Of a stretch of 64,000 bases of DNA, positions 47,301 to 57,375 are shown piece by piece (the stretch's first letter is position 1; every line of letters starts with the position of its first letter). The notes beneath the pieces were generated by a model. That model saw only the letters and a list, made by a program, of their open reading frames with translations, did no database searches and was not told where the DNA came from. The position numbers and the translations under genes were made by a program. The DNA lies in contig CAXXNO010000008.1 of the NCBI GenBank assembly GCA_963663235.2, positions 96,001 through 160,000 on the forward strand, read 5' to 3'. This DNA comes from Dehalococcoidia bacterium (GTDB taxonomy: Bacteria; Chloroflexota; Dehalococcoidia; Bin125).

Positions 47301-48200
47301 TCACACCGTCACCCGGCAGACGGGACAGCGCTCCCGGTCTGGGTCGCTCTCGTCCGCCCGCAAACGGTCGTCTTCGGTCTGGTATTGGGGCGTGCTGTGG
47401 CGCGGGATGCGGTCATCACTGCCGGTCATGAAGTCGCGCTTCCATCCATCATCGTCGGACCATCGGAAGGGCAACATTTTGACGGTACCCGGGGTCGTGA
47501 GTGAGGTGAACGCTTCCAGTGCCTGCTCCAGGATCGCTCGCTGCAGCTCCGGTTCATGCGGCTTCCCTGTCGTGTGCCCCAATGGGAAGTCCAAGAACGC
47601 CGCGCGCGGCGGCTTCACGGCCTGGGTGATGTCCAGGGCGCTGCTCATCGAGAGAGTCGGCACTCCGGCCGCTTCGAGCTCCCTGGCGATCAGTCCCACG
47701 GACTGATGACAGACCGGTCAGACCGGGACGAGGAGTGCGGCGTCAACCTGCTCTTCCAGGAGCCGCTCTCGCAGCTTGGGAGCCAGCTCCTCCCTGACCC
47801 GGCGCGATGAGTAGATTCCGCCCATGCACGTGAACGCGTGCTCCGCCAGTTCCCCGATGACCCCCTCACGCACCAGACGCCGCAGCGTGTCGATCGGGAA
47901 CACTACGTTTGGGTCGTCGCGCGCGTCGGTCTGGTCGTAGGCGAAATGCGCCGTTCGCAGGTCCGCAGTCTTCACGTCGGTGGGGACGGCGCGGATCGAT
48001 GTGTCATCCCGATAGTGGAAGGCGACCTGCCCGGTCACGTAGATGCCACCAGTGGCGACGAGCCCCAAGCGGCACTCGGAAAGCGGCTTCCGCAGCGGCT
48101 GCCAGGACGGCGGCTCCTCGTTGACCACCCACTGGTAGGCGGCGTAACCGAGGTCCGCGTAGCTGTCGCGAATCCGGCGCATGTACTCGATAGGTGGCAT
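47301..48200 (-). CDS. GrdB/PrdB-family selenoprotein; UGA at 47718-47720 read as Sec
   Basis: ORFs 47718..48224 and 47301..47699 are in the same frame, joined by V-U-P-V-C-H-Q-S-V-G-L-I-A-R-E-L-E..G.PT...PPRA.FLDFPLG..TG.P. ATG 48200 follows GAGGAG. Confidence 0.88.
47689..47707 (-). promoter_or_regulatory. Bacterial SECIS-like hairpin
   Basis: Perfect 8-bp stem AUCAGUCC-GUG-GGACUGAU; the G-led loop starts 18 nt after the UGA. Confidence 0.75.
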
Positions 48201-48316
48201 CCGCAGCTCCTCAGGCCGCCGCATTCTCTCCGCCTGCCCTCATACTACCGCGTCAACGCCACCGCCCGGCAGAGCAGCAGCGACCACGAGCGGACGAACG
48301 CCGGACCCGTCCGCGT

Positions 48317-49687
48317 TTACTGCTCCCAACCGGGAATCCAGTGCGTCCCGGCGAGCGGAACACGTGCCATGGCGGCAGCCTCGACTGTCAAGGCCACAAG
48401 GTCGTCCGGCTCCAGGTTGTGCACGTCCGACTTTCCGCATGCTCGAGCGAGCGCTGTCAGCTCCATAGTCAGCGCCCGCAGGTAGTTCGCGACGCGCCGG
48501 GCGCCCCACGCTGGGTCGAGGCGCTTCTCAAGCTCCGGATCCTGCGTGGTGATGCCCATGGGGCACAGCCCCGTCTGCATGTGGTGACAGTACCCCGGCT
48601 CCGTTCCCAGCGCGTGATAGTCGGCGGTGGCGTCGATCTCGCGTCCGTCCTGGACGTAGGTGCGGCTGTTGCACCCCAGCGCGATCAGCGCCGCCGTGCC
48701 GATTGACACCGCGTCGGCGCCGAGGGCCAGCGCCTTGGCGACGTCGGCGCCGGACCGGATCCCGCCCGAGACGATGAGTTGTACCTCACCTTCTTTGCCG
48801 ATCTCGCGCAGGGCCTCCGCTGCCTGCCGCACGGCGGGCAGCGTCGGGATGCCGGCGTGCTCGATGAACACGTCCTGTGTCGCCGCGGTGCCGCCTTGGA
48901 GCCCGTCCACCACCACGACGTCTGCGCCGGCCGCCACGGCGAGCTTCACGTCATTCACCACCCGCGTGGCCCCCAGCTTCACGTAGACCGGCTTCTCCCA
49001 ATTGGTCGCCTCGCGTAGCTCTTCGATCTTGATCCGCAGGTCGTCTGGTCCAGTCCAGTCGGGATGGCGGGAGGCCGATCGTTGGTCGATTCCGGGGGGC
49101 AGCGTGCGCATGGCGGCGACCCGCTCACTCACCTTCTGGCCCAGGAGGATGCCGCCACCGCCCGGCTTCGCGCCCTGCCCGATCACGACTTCGATGGCAT
49201 CCGCGCTCTTCAGGTCCGCCGGATTGAAGCCGTATCGGGACGGGAGGCACTGGTAGACCAGCAGCTTGGATGCACGACGCTCTTCCGGCGTCATCCCCCC
49301 GTCGCCGGTGGTGGTTGATGTGCCGACCTCCGTGGCGGCCCGGCCGAGAGCCTCCTTGGCGGTCGCCGAGAGCGAACCGAAGCTCATCCCTGTAATGGTG
49401 ATCGGGATCGCCAGTTCCAACGGCTTGGAGGCGAAGCGGGCCCCCAGCACCGTCTTGGTGTCGCAGCGCTCCCGATACCCCTCCAGGGGGTATCGGGACG
49501 CCGATGCCGTCAGGAACACGAGATCGTCGAAGGTGGGCATGACGCGCTTGCTCCCACCCCCCCGGATCTCGTAGTGGCCCATCTCGGCCATCCGGTCGAT
49601 CTGGGCGATGACCTCAGGCGAGAAGGTGTGGCTCCGCAGTCGGGCGTCGTAGGGCAGAGAAGCGCTGTCGTCGTTGCGGCCGGCCAT
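48317..49687 (-). CDS. mgsC: N-methylglutamate synthase FMN subunit (GlxD, glutamate-synthase FMN domain)
   Basis: SRYPLEGYRE.C, GMSFGSLS, TTTGDGGM, GQGAKPGGGG, SRHPDWTGPDDL motifs; TGATG overlap with mgsB. Confidence 0.9.
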   Translation of the reverse strand: MAGRNDDSASLPYDARLRSHTFSPEVIAQIDRMAEMGHYEIRGGGSKRVMPTFDDLVFLTASASRYPLEGYRERCDTKTVLGARFASKPLELAIPITITGMSFGSLSATAKEALGRAATEVGTSTTTGDGGMTPEERRASKLLVYQCLPSRYGFNPADLKSADAIEVVIGQGAKPGGGGILLGQKVSERVAAMRTLPPGIDQRSASRHPDWTGPDDLRIKIEELREATNWEKPVYVKLGATRVVNDVKLAVAAGADVVVVDGLQGGTAATQDVFIEHAGIPTLPAVRQAAEALREIGKEGEVQLIVSGGIRSGADVAKALALGADAVSIGTAALIALGCNSRTYVQDGREIDATADYHALGTEPGYCHHMQTGLCPMGITTQDPELEKRLDPAWGARRVANYLRALTMELTALARACGKSDVHNLEPDDLVALTVEAAAMARVPLAGTHWIPGWEQ

Positions 49688-50364
49688 CAGTAGCCGTGCC
49701 CTTTCAGCGTGTCGAAGTGATAGAACTCCCGTGCAGAGCCGATGCGGGTCACGTTCTCCGGATCGATGTGATCGAAGCCCGCTTGCTGGATCAGCTGCCG
49801 CACCAAACAGACATCCTCCGCGCGGAGCTCCTCCACCCGCGCGTCCGCCCCCAGCGACCGGACCGTGCCGCCCACGTAGATCACGGCTTCGTAGAGTGAG
49901 TCTCCCAACGCTTCCCCGGCGTCCCCGCCGATTAAGAGGACTCCTGCCTGCGCCATGAACCCGCTCATGTGCCCCGCATCGCCGGCGACGGCGATGGTAC
50001 CTCCTTTGAGGGAAATTCCAGCCCGCGATGAGGCGTCGCCCTCGATGACGATGATCCCGCCGTGGCTCGACGCGCCCGCGCACTCCGAGGCATTCCCGCG
50101 GACTCGCACACTGCCTCTCATCAGGTTTTCGCCCACCGACCAGCCGACGAACCCATTCACCGTGATCTCCGGTCCATCGCACAGACCGCCGATGAAGTAG
50201 CCGGCGTTCCCGTCGATGCTGATCGTGATGCGGTTCGCTAGCCCGGCGGCCAGGTTGTGGCGTCCGTTCGGCTCGGTGACGGTGACGTCGGTGCCGTCGG
50301 AAAGGGCTGCCAGCCGCTGGTTGACTTCGCGGGTGCTGAGCTCCGCGCAGCTCAGCGAGACCAT
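49687..50364 (-). CDS. mgsB: N-methylglutamate synthase GXGXG subunit (GlxC)
   Basis: Gly-rich beta-helix repeats; GENLM.G, RAGISLKG, FMAQ.G, LGDSLYE motifs. Confidence 0.9.
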   Translation of the reverse strand: MVSLSCAELSTREVNQRLAALSDGTDVTVTEPNGRHNLAAGLANRITISIDGNAGYFIGGLCDGPEITVNGFVGWSVGENLMRGSVRVRGNASECAGASSHGGIIVIEGDASSRAGISLKGGTIAVAGDAGHMSGFMAQAGVLLIGGDAGEALGDSLYEAVIYVGGTVRSLGADARVEELRAEDVCLVRQLIQQAGFDHIDPENVTRIGSAREFYHFDTLKGHGY

Positions 50365-51248
50365 ACGTGGATCTCCTCGGGCATCGGTTCAAAGACCGTA
50401 GCCTCCCGGATGCCGGGCAGCCCGGCGAGCGCGCGGTACTCGGAGGCCATGGCCACGTAGTCGTCGCACTCCGCGATCACCGCTGGCTTGCAGGCGAACG
50501 CGTCGCGCACCACGGCGAATTCATTGCGCGTGGCCACCAACAAGGTAAAAAACCCGTCGAGGGTGGTGAGCACCTTATCGAGCGCTTGCGCCAGGGTGTC
50601 TCCGTCTGCCATCTGCTGGGCCATATAGCGGGCGGCGACCTCCGAGTCGTTGTCCGTATCGAATCGGATCCCCTCGTCCATCAAGCGCCGCCGGACCGTG
50701 GCGTAGTTCGAGAAGCTGCCGTTGTGGACCAGGCAGAAGTCCGCCGCTGCCGCGAAGGGGTGCGAGTGGTCCGTAGTGACAGCCGACTCCGTGGCCATCC
50801 GCGTGTGCCCCAGGCCCTGGTACCCCGAGCGATCCGCCGTCCCGTAACGCTGACAGACGTCGCTTGGCGATCCAACGTCCTTGTAGACTTCTAGGGCGTG
50901 TCCGAACGCAAAGACACGGACCTCTGGAGCTTCCGCCTTGAGCGCATCGAGCAGTTGCTCGGTCCCGTGCTCCGCGATCAGGACGGCATCATCGGCGATG
51001 CGGCGAATCTGAGTCCCGCTGTCCGGCCGTCCGTTCAAGCGGTGGGCCAGGCCCTCCCAGTCGTAGCCGGGGCCGGGAGCGCGCAGGGAGTAGCGATAGC
51101 TGCCTTCCGGCAGGCCGTCCTCGTACAGCGCGATGCCCGCGGAGTCGGGGCCCCTCTCGCTCATGGCGAGCAGCATGGGCGTTAGCCAGGCGCCCAGCCG
51201 CGGATACAGAGCCGGTTTCTTGAGGTGCAGCCCGACAATCCCGCACAT
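50352..51248 (-). CDS. mgsA: N-methylglutamate synthase class II amidotransferase subunit (GlxB)
   Basis: MCGIVG N-terminus; RGPDSAG, GHTRMATES, HNGS.SN, RD.F.CKP motifs. Confidence 0.9.
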   Translation of the reverse strand: MCGIVGLHLKKPALYPRLGAWLTPMLLAMSERGPDSAGIALYEDGLPEGSYRYSLRAPGPGYDWEGLAHRLNGRPDSGTQIRRIADDAVLIAEHGTEQLLDALKAEAPEVRVFAFGHALEVYKDVGSPSDVCQRYGTADRSGYQGLGHTRMATESAVTTDHSHPFAAAADFCLVHNGSFSNYATVRRRLMDEGIRFDTDNDSEVAARYMAQQMADGDTLAQALDKVLTTLDGFFTLLVATRNEFAVVRDAFACKPAVIAECDDYVAMASEYRALAGLPGIREATVFEPMPEEIHVWSR

Positions 51249-51426
51249 GGCGTCGCTGTCTCCTCTGCTTGCTGAACGCCTTCCCGGCGCCGCGCAAGGG
51301 TTCCCACATGGTACCGGGCGTCGCAGCTGCGGCAACTTCGTAGCCAGCATATCCGCGGCCACCGCGGTTTGTCGTATCCTGGGCAACCGCCGGGCGGTGG
51401 ACGCGCCGAGCGACAGGAGGAAGCCC

Positions 51427-52785
51427 GTGGGCGAAGGTCACGCGGACTTGAAGAGACGGGCGCAGCAGGACGGCATCGAGTTCTTCTTCGCGATGTTCGT
51501 TGACATGCACGGCAAGCCTTGCGCCAAATTGGTGCCGGCGGCCTCGTTCGACGCCCTGATGTCGGATGGCGTCGGCTTCGCCGGCTTCGCGGCGGGCCCC
51601 CTGGGCCAGAGCCCGGCCGATCCCGATTTGATCGCCATCCCGGATCCCGCCTCCTACACGCCGGTCCCCTGGCAGCACGGGCTTGCCGTGCTCCACTGCG
51701 ACCTCCACGTCAACGGCGAGAAATGGCCGTACTCCCCCAGGGTCATCCTCAAGCGCCAGCTCGCGCGTCTCGCCGAACGGCGGATGGTCTTTAACTGTGG
51801 CGCGGAGATCGAATACTTCCTGGTGCGCCGCACCGACGATGGAGGGATCGCCCCTGCCGATCCGCTCGATACCGCGGCGCAGCCCTGCTACGACGCCAAG
51901 GGGCTCACCCGAATGTACGACCATCTCACCGTGGTCTCGCGTTATCTCAATCGCCTCGGCTGGGGCAACTACGCCAATGACCACGAGGACGCCAACGGCC
52001 AGTTCGAGCAGAACTTCGCCTACGCCGACGCCCTGACCACCGCCGATCGGGTCATCTTCTTCCGCTACATGGTGCACACCCTCGCGAATCAGGCCGGGCT
52101 TGTGGCCACCTTCATGCCGAAGCCGTTTGCCCACCTGACCGGGAGCGGCATGCATATCCACTCCAGCCTCTGGAACACGGAAACGGGCGAGCCGCTCTTC
52201 CTCGATCCGGCGGACGCACGGGGCTTGGGATTGTCAAAGCTGGCCTACCAGTTCATCGCCGGTCTGCTAGAGCACGCCCCGTCGATGATGGCCGTCATCG
52301 GCCCGACCGTGAACTCCTACAAGCGGATTGGCGTGGCCCCCCCGGTTTCTGGATCAACCTGGGCACCCGCCTATATCACCTACGGCGGCAACAATCGCAC
52401 CCAGATGCTGCGGGTCCCCGAATCGGGACGTGTCGAGAATCGCGCTGTAGACGGCTCGGCCAATCCGTACCTGGCCTTCACCGTCATGGCGGCTGCCGGC
52501 CTCGATGGCATCGACCGCGGCCTCGACCCCGGGGATCCAAACCGCGACAATCTCTACGCCCTGCACCCCGACGAAGTGAAGACGCGCGGCATCAAGGTCG
52601 TGCCGGAAACCCTCACCCACGCAGTAGATGAGCTGGTGCAGGACTCCGTGCTCCGGGAGGCGCTGGGCAAAGTCCGCACGGGCGACTACATCGATTACTT
52701 CGCCCGTACCAAGCGGGACGAGTTCGCGGAGTTCCACCGGGCCGTGGGCGCGTGGGAACTTAATCGCTACCTGACGCTCTTCTAG
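51427..52785 (+). CDS. gmaS: Gamma-glutamylmethylamide synthetase (type III glutamine synthetase, GlnT-like)
   Basis: AKLVPA, GFAGFA, QPCYD, DHEDANGQFE, TFMPKPF, SG.TWAP, GGNNRT motifs; context between mgs and mgd genes; GTG after AGGAGG. Confidence 0.88.
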   Translation: MGEGHADLKRRAQQDGIEFFFAMFVDMHGKPCAKLVPAASFDALMSDGVGFAGFAAGPLGQSPADPDLIAIPDPASYTPVPWQHGLAVLHCDLHVNGEKWPYSPRVILKRQLARLAERRMVFNCGAEIEYFLVRRTDDGGIAPADPLDTAAQPCYDAKGLTRMYDHLTVVSRYLNRLGWGNYANDHEDANGQFEQNFAYADALTTADRVIFFRYMVHTLANQAGLVATFMPKPFAHLTGSGMHIHSSLWNTETGEPLFLDPADARGLGLSKLAYQFIAGLLEHAPSMMAVIGPTVNSYKRIGVAPPVSGSTWAPAYITYGGNNRTQMLRVPESGRVENRAVDGSANPYLAFTVMAAAGLDGIDRGLDPGDPNRDNLYALHPDEVKTRGIKVVPETLTHAVDELVQDSVLREALGKVRTGDYIDYFARTKRDEFAEFHRAVGAWELNRYLTLF

Positions 52786-52882
52786 GTGGACCCGCGTCTG
52801 CCACCGCTCTATGCTGGGCCGCTGCAGCCACGGCGATCCTTTGTCTGCGACGTACGCCCGTGGTCTGGCCACCTGGTGCACG

Positions 52883-54181
52883 ATGTGGCGACCGCTGAAC
52901 GGACTGCTTGGCAACGGCAGAGGATCGGGGCCGCGGGCGCGCTACTCAGCGTTCGGGTTGCTCCGCCGCGGCCTCTCCGGGGCTGATTGGCCCCCCGCCT
53001 GGTCGACGCACGATCTAGCGCCCTCCTACGACGTGGTGGTGATCGGCGGTGGTGTGCACGGCCTCGCCACGGCCTACTACCTGGCCACCAACCACGGCCT
53101 CCGCAACGTCGCCGTCATTGAGAAGCGCTACATCGGCAGCGGCGCCTCGGGCCGCAATACGGCGATTATCCGCTCCAACTACCTAACTCCGGAGGGCGTC
53201 CGCTTCTACCACCGGTCGCTCAAGCTGTATGAGAGGCTCGCGGCCGACCTCAACTTCAACGTCATGTTTGAGCAGCGCGGTCATCTCACCCTCGCCCACA
53301 ACGATTCCTCGGTCCGCACCATGCGTTGGCGGGCGGAGGTCAACAAGCTTGAAGGGGTAGACTCCGAGGTCATCGGCCCCACCGAGGTCAAGGAGCTGGC
53401 GCCGTTCCTCGATGTCTCGGAGCAGACCCGCTATCCGATCCTCGGAGCGCTGTATCACCCGCCCGGCGGCATCGTCCGCCACGACGCAGTCGTCTGGGGC
53501 TATGCCCGCGGCGCCAGCGCCCGCGGCGTGCATATCCATCAGGACACCGAGGTCCTCGATATCAACGTGATCGGCGGCAAGGTCAGGGGTGTGGTCACCA
53601 ACCGCGGCGAGATCGCGACGCCTGTGGTCGTCAACTGCACGGCCGGCTGGTCCTCAGTGATCGCCGGCATGGCGGGGGTCGAGCTCCCGATCGAGACCTT
53701 CCCCCTCCAGGCGGCTGTCACGGAGCCTGTGAAGTTCTTCCTCAATCCGGTGATCGTGTCGGGGACGCTCCATGTATACGTGAGCCAGACCGCCCGCGGC
53801 GAGCTGGTCTTCGGCGCCAGCGTGGATCCGTTCACGTCCTATTCCACCCAAGGCTCGCTCGAATTCACCGAGGAGTTGGCCGGCCACGTCTTGCAGCTGA
53901 TGCCATCGCTTGCCCGGCTGCGCCTGCTGCGGCAGTGGGCCGGCCTCTGCGACATGACGCCGGACTTCTCACCGATCATCGGCGCCACGCCCGTCGCGGG
54001 ATTCTACATCGACGTGGGCTGGGGTACCTATGGCTTCAAGGCAGGGCCAGTGGCCGGAGAGGCCATGGCTGAGTTCATCGCTACCGGCACGCCGCCGGAG
54101 ATCATCGCCACGTTCGATCTCGCTCGGTTCGACGAAGGCCGGCTCGTGGGCGAGAAGGGCGCGGCCGCGGTTGGACACTAG
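52883..54181 (+). CDS. mgdA: N-methylglutamate dehydrogenase / sarcosine oxidase beta subunit
   Basis: GGGVHGLATAY, GRNT.IIRSNY, RHDAV.WGYA, DMTPD.SPI, KGAAAVGH motifs; start uncertain. Confidence 0.87.
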   Translation: MWRPLNGLLGNGRGSGPRARYSAFGLLRRGLSGADWPPAWSTHDLAPSYDVVVIGGGVHGLATAYYLATNHGLRNVAVIEKRYIGSGASGRNTAIIRSNYLTPEGVRFYHRSLKLYERLAADLNFNVMFEQRGHLTLAHNDSSVRTMRWRAEVNKLEGVDSEVIGPTEVKELAPFLDVSEQTRYPILGALYHPPGGIVRHDAVVWGYARGASARGVHIHQDTEVLDINVIGGKVRGVVTNRGEIATPVVVNCTAGWSSVIAGMAGVELPIETFPLQAAVTEPVKFFLNPVIVSGTLHVYVSQTARGELVFGASVDPFTSYSTQGSLEFTEELAGHVLQLMPSLARLRLLRQWAGLCDMTPDFSPIIGATPVAGFYIDVGWGTYGFKAGPVAGEAMAEFIATGTPPEIIATFDLARFDEGRLVGEKGAAAVGH

Positions 54182-54199
54182 GCGCAAGGAGCGGTCGCC

Positions 54200-54505
54200 G
54201 TGATCCTGATCCCCTGCATCCATTGCGGCCCGCGTAACGCCTCCGAGTTCGCGTACCTGGGCGAACTGGGCCGCCAGCCGGACCCCAACACCACAACGCC
54301 ACCGGAATGGCGACGTTACCTCTACACCAAAGCCAACACCGCTGGCTGGACGGTTGAACGGTGGGTCCACCGTGCCGGCTGCGGGCGCTTCTTTACGGTG
54401 GAGCGGAACACGCTCGACAACAAGATCCGCACGGCTCGACCCCCCGACGCGCAGATCCGTCTTATCCAGCAGGCCGGACGAGCAGACCCAAAGGCCGACG
54501 CATGA
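54200..54505 (+). CDS. mgdB: NMG dehydrogenase / sarcosine oxidase delta subunit
   Basis: IPC.HCG.R...EF and W.H..GC..FF...RNT zinc motif. Confidence 0.88.
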   Translation: MILIPCIHCGPRNASEFAYLGELGRQPDPNTTTPPEWRRYLYTKANTAGWTVERWVHRAGCGRFFTVERNTLDNKIRTARPPDAQIRLIQQAGRADPKADA

Positions 54506-57375
54506 CAACCATGCTCCGGGCAGCCGGCAGCGCTGCGCGTCTCGGGCCGCAGCCTGGCGAGGTCATCGACCGAGCGCATCGCTTCACGTTCAGATGGAAT
54601 GGCGCGGAAACCGCCGCCTACGCCGGTGACACCATCATCTCGGCGCTGGCGGCGGCCGGAGAACGCGTCTTCTCCCGGAGCTTCAAGTATCACCGGCCGC
54701 GCGGACTCCTCACCGCCAGCTTCATCGACCCCGGCTGTCTGGTGCAAGTAGGGAAGGAGCCCAACGTCCGCGGCGCGCACCGCCGCGTGGAAGCCGGCAT
54801 GGCGGTCCGGGCACAAAACGTCTGGCCGTCGCTCCGCTATGACGTGATGGCGCTCAACCAGGCAATGACTCGGATGCTGCCGCCCGGATTCTACTACAAG
54901 ACGTTCATGGCGCCGCGCGCTTTGTGGCCCGCCTATCAGATGGTGCTGCGACGCTTCGCGCCTGGCGGAGTCGTCACCAACACCAGAACAGACGCCTACT
55001 TCGATAAGCGCTACGCCCACCCAGACGTCCTGATCGCTGGCGGCGGACCGGCTGGCATGGCGGCGGCGGTGGCCGCCGCCGACGAGGGCGCGAAAGTGTT
55101 GTTGGTCGAGGAGGAGTACGAGCTGGGTGGCCACCTCCGTTGGGGCACTGAGGCAGACCTGGCGACCCTGCGCGAGTTGCGCGACGCGGTGGCGGCAAAC
55201 GAGCGCGTGGAGATCATGACCAACTCGACCGTCGCCGCCCGCTACGACGGTAACTGGGTGGCGGTGGCCCAGCGCAACCTTCGCCACGTTGATGAGCGCC
55301 TCATTAAGGCGCGCGCGAAGGTGCTGGTGGTGGCGCCCGGGTTAATTGAGCGGCCCTATGTCTTCGCCGGGAATGACAAGCCTGGTGTCATGCTCTCGAC
55401 CGCGGTGCGGCGCTTAATCAACCTCTACGCTGTGAAGCCGGGCGACCGCGCCGTCGTCTTCACCGCGAACGAGGCCGGCGATGCCGCCATCGCCGATCTG
55501 GAGCGCGCCGGGGTCCAGATCGCGCGGGTTGTCGACGCCCGTCGGGGCGGCAACCTCGTTCGGGCGCGCGGACGCGGCGGCGTACAAGAGGTGCACTTGG
55601 CGGACGGTGCCCGGGTGGAGGCGGACCTCCTCGTTACGGCGGTTGGCTGGACCGCCCCGACAACGCTGCTCACCATGGCGGGCGGCCACCCCGTGTACAA
55701 CCATCGGGCGGCTCGCTTCTTCCCTTCGGAACCGCCCGAAGACGTGCTGGCGACCGGCGGCATCGTCGGCGATGGCACGCTCGACCAGCTGCTCGCCCAT
55801 GCCCGTGCGGTGGGCGCGGAGGCCGCCCGCCGCGCGAGTATCCGCGCTCGCAACCTGCGCGCGGGCAACCCGACCGCGCCGAGCGTTGACCAGCGCTCTC
55901 CTGACTCATCATCCTCGTCCATTCCCGATCTCCCGATTGATGACAGCCCCGCCCTCTTCCGCAGCGCCACGCACGGCATCGTTGACTACTCGGAAGACGT
56001 CTCCTCCAAGGACATCTTCTCCGCGGTCCGTGAAGGCTATGACTCCATCGAGTTGGCGAAGCGTTACACGACCGCCACCATGGGACCGGCGCAGGGCAAG
56101 CTGGAGATGGTCAACGCCATCGCCGTTCACGCGGAGGCGGCCGGCCGGTCCATCGCGGAGACCGGCAGCACCACCTGGCGTCCGCCTTACGCGCCCGTCA
56201 CCCTCGGGGCCCTGGCTGGACGCGCGTTCGAGCCGGTGAGCGTCTCGCCCATGCAGCCGTGGCATGAGCGCCACGATGCCAGAGCGCTGATCGCCGGGCA
56301 CTGGATCCGCCCCGACCACTACGGCGACGCCGCGGCCGAAGTGCGCAACGTGCGCCGGAACGTCGGCATCATCGATGTGACGCCGCTCGGGAAGTTCGAC
56401 CTGCGCGGCCCAGACGTCCCGCGCCTGCTGAACCACCTGTACGTGAACAAGTGGTCCAAGCTCGCGATCGGATCGGTCCGATACGGCGTCATGTGCGCGC
56501 CAGACGGCGTCGTCCTGGATGACGGCGTGACCGGCCGGCTCGGCGAGGATCGCTACGTGATGACCACGACCTCGTCCGGTCCGGAGACCGTCTGGCGCTG
56601 GATCGAGGAGGCATTGCAGACCGAGCACCCCGAGTGGCGGGTGCATGTCATCCCAGTGACCGCCGCCTACGCCAGCATGAATGTGGCGGGCCCCAACTCC
56701 CGGGAGCTGATGTGCCGCGTCGTTGCGGACGTCGACCTCGACCCAGAGGCTTTCCCCTACATGCGCGTACGGAACGGTCGCATCGCTGGGGTGGATGGCT
56801 GCTTCATGTGGCGCATTGGCTTCACCGGAGAGCTGAGCTACGAGCTGCACGTCCCCGCCGCCTACGGTCTGCACGTCTGGGAGACGCTCCTGGATGTCGG
56901 CCGCGACCTCCATATCGGTCCTTTCGGCATCGAAGCGCAGCGAATCATGCGGCTGGAGAAGGGGCACTTCATCGTGGGGCAAGATACGGACGCCCTGACG
57001 GGCGCCTTCGCCGCTGGCCTTGCCCCGCTCGTGAAACTCGACAAGGAGGATTTCATCGGCAAGCCGGAGCTGATCTGGCAAGAGGGGCACGAAGACATCC
57101 TCCATCTCGTTGCTCTCCAGCCGGTGGACAGCTCCGTCGTGCCGCCGGAGGGGAGCCAGATCATCGAGGGCCGGAGACGCATCGTGGGGCGCATTACCTC
57201 CAGCCGCATGTCCCCGACGCTCGGTCGCTCGATCTGTCTGGGCTTCGTCGCGCCGCACCTCAAGGAGCCCGGCGCCATCGTCACCGTCCGCCTGCCGGAC
57301 GGCGGGCATGTCCCCGCGACCGTCATGGAGCATCACGCCCATTTCGATCCGGAAGGGGTGCGCCTCCGTGGTTGA
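54502..57375 (+). CDS. mgdC: NMG dehydrogenase / sarcosine oxidase alpha subunit
   Basis: GDTI.SAL, SRSFKYHRPRG, GFYYKTF, GGGPAG, KRYTT..MG..QGK motifs; GcvT-like C-terminus (IGFTGELSYE, RLEKG). Confidence 0.9.
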   Translation: MTTMLRAAGSAARLGPQPGEVIDRAHRFTFRWNGAETAAYAGDTIISALAAAGERVFSRSFKYHRPRGLLTASFIDPGCLVQVGKEPNVRGAHRRVEAGMAVRAQNVWPSLRYDVMALNQAMTRMLPPGFYYKTFMAPRALWPAYQMVLRRFAPGGVVTNTRTDAYFDKRYAHPDVLIAGGGPAGMAAAVAAADEGAKVLLVEEEYELGGHLRWGTEADLATLRELRDAVAANERVEIMTNSTVAARYDGNWVAVAQRNLRHVDERLIKARAKVLVVAPGLIERPYVFAGNDKPGVMLSTAVRRLINLYAVKPGDRAVVFTANEAGDAAIADLERAGVQIARVVDARRGGNLVRARGRGGVQEVHLADGARVEADLLVTAVGWTAPTTLLTMAGGHPVYNHRAARFFPSEPPEDVLATGGIVGDGTLDQLLAHARAVGAEAARRASIRARNLRAGNPTAPSVDQRSPDSSSSSIPDLPIDDSPALFRSATHGIVDYSEDVSSKDIFSAVREGYDSIELAKRYTTATMGPAQGKLEMVNAIAVHAEAAGRSIAETGSTTWRPPYAPVTLGALAGRAFEPVSVSPMQPWHERHDARALIAGHWIRPDHYGDAAAEVRNVRRNVGIIDVTPLGKFDLRGPDVPRLLNHLYVNKWSKLAIGSVRYGVMCAPDGVVLDDGVTGRLGEDRYVMTTTSSGPETVWRWIEEALQTEHPEWRVHVIPVTAAYASMNVAGPNSRELMCRVVADVDLDPEAFPYMRVRNGRIAGVDGCFMWRIGFTGELSYELHVPAAYGLHVWETLLDVGRDLHIGPFGIEAQRIMRLEKGHFIVGQDTDALTGAFAAGLAPLVKLDKEDFIGKPELIWQEGHEDILHLVALQPVDSSVVPPEGSQIIEGRRRIVGRITSSRMSPTLGRSICLGFVAPHLKEPGAIVTVRLPDGGHVPATVMEHHAHFDPEGVRLRG

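Noticed and set aside
48317-50392. 691-aa ORF as an mgsB-mgsC fusion
   Set aside because: The N-terminal 235 codons are an off-frame overlap of mgsB; real homology starts at ATG 49687 with a TGATG coupling.
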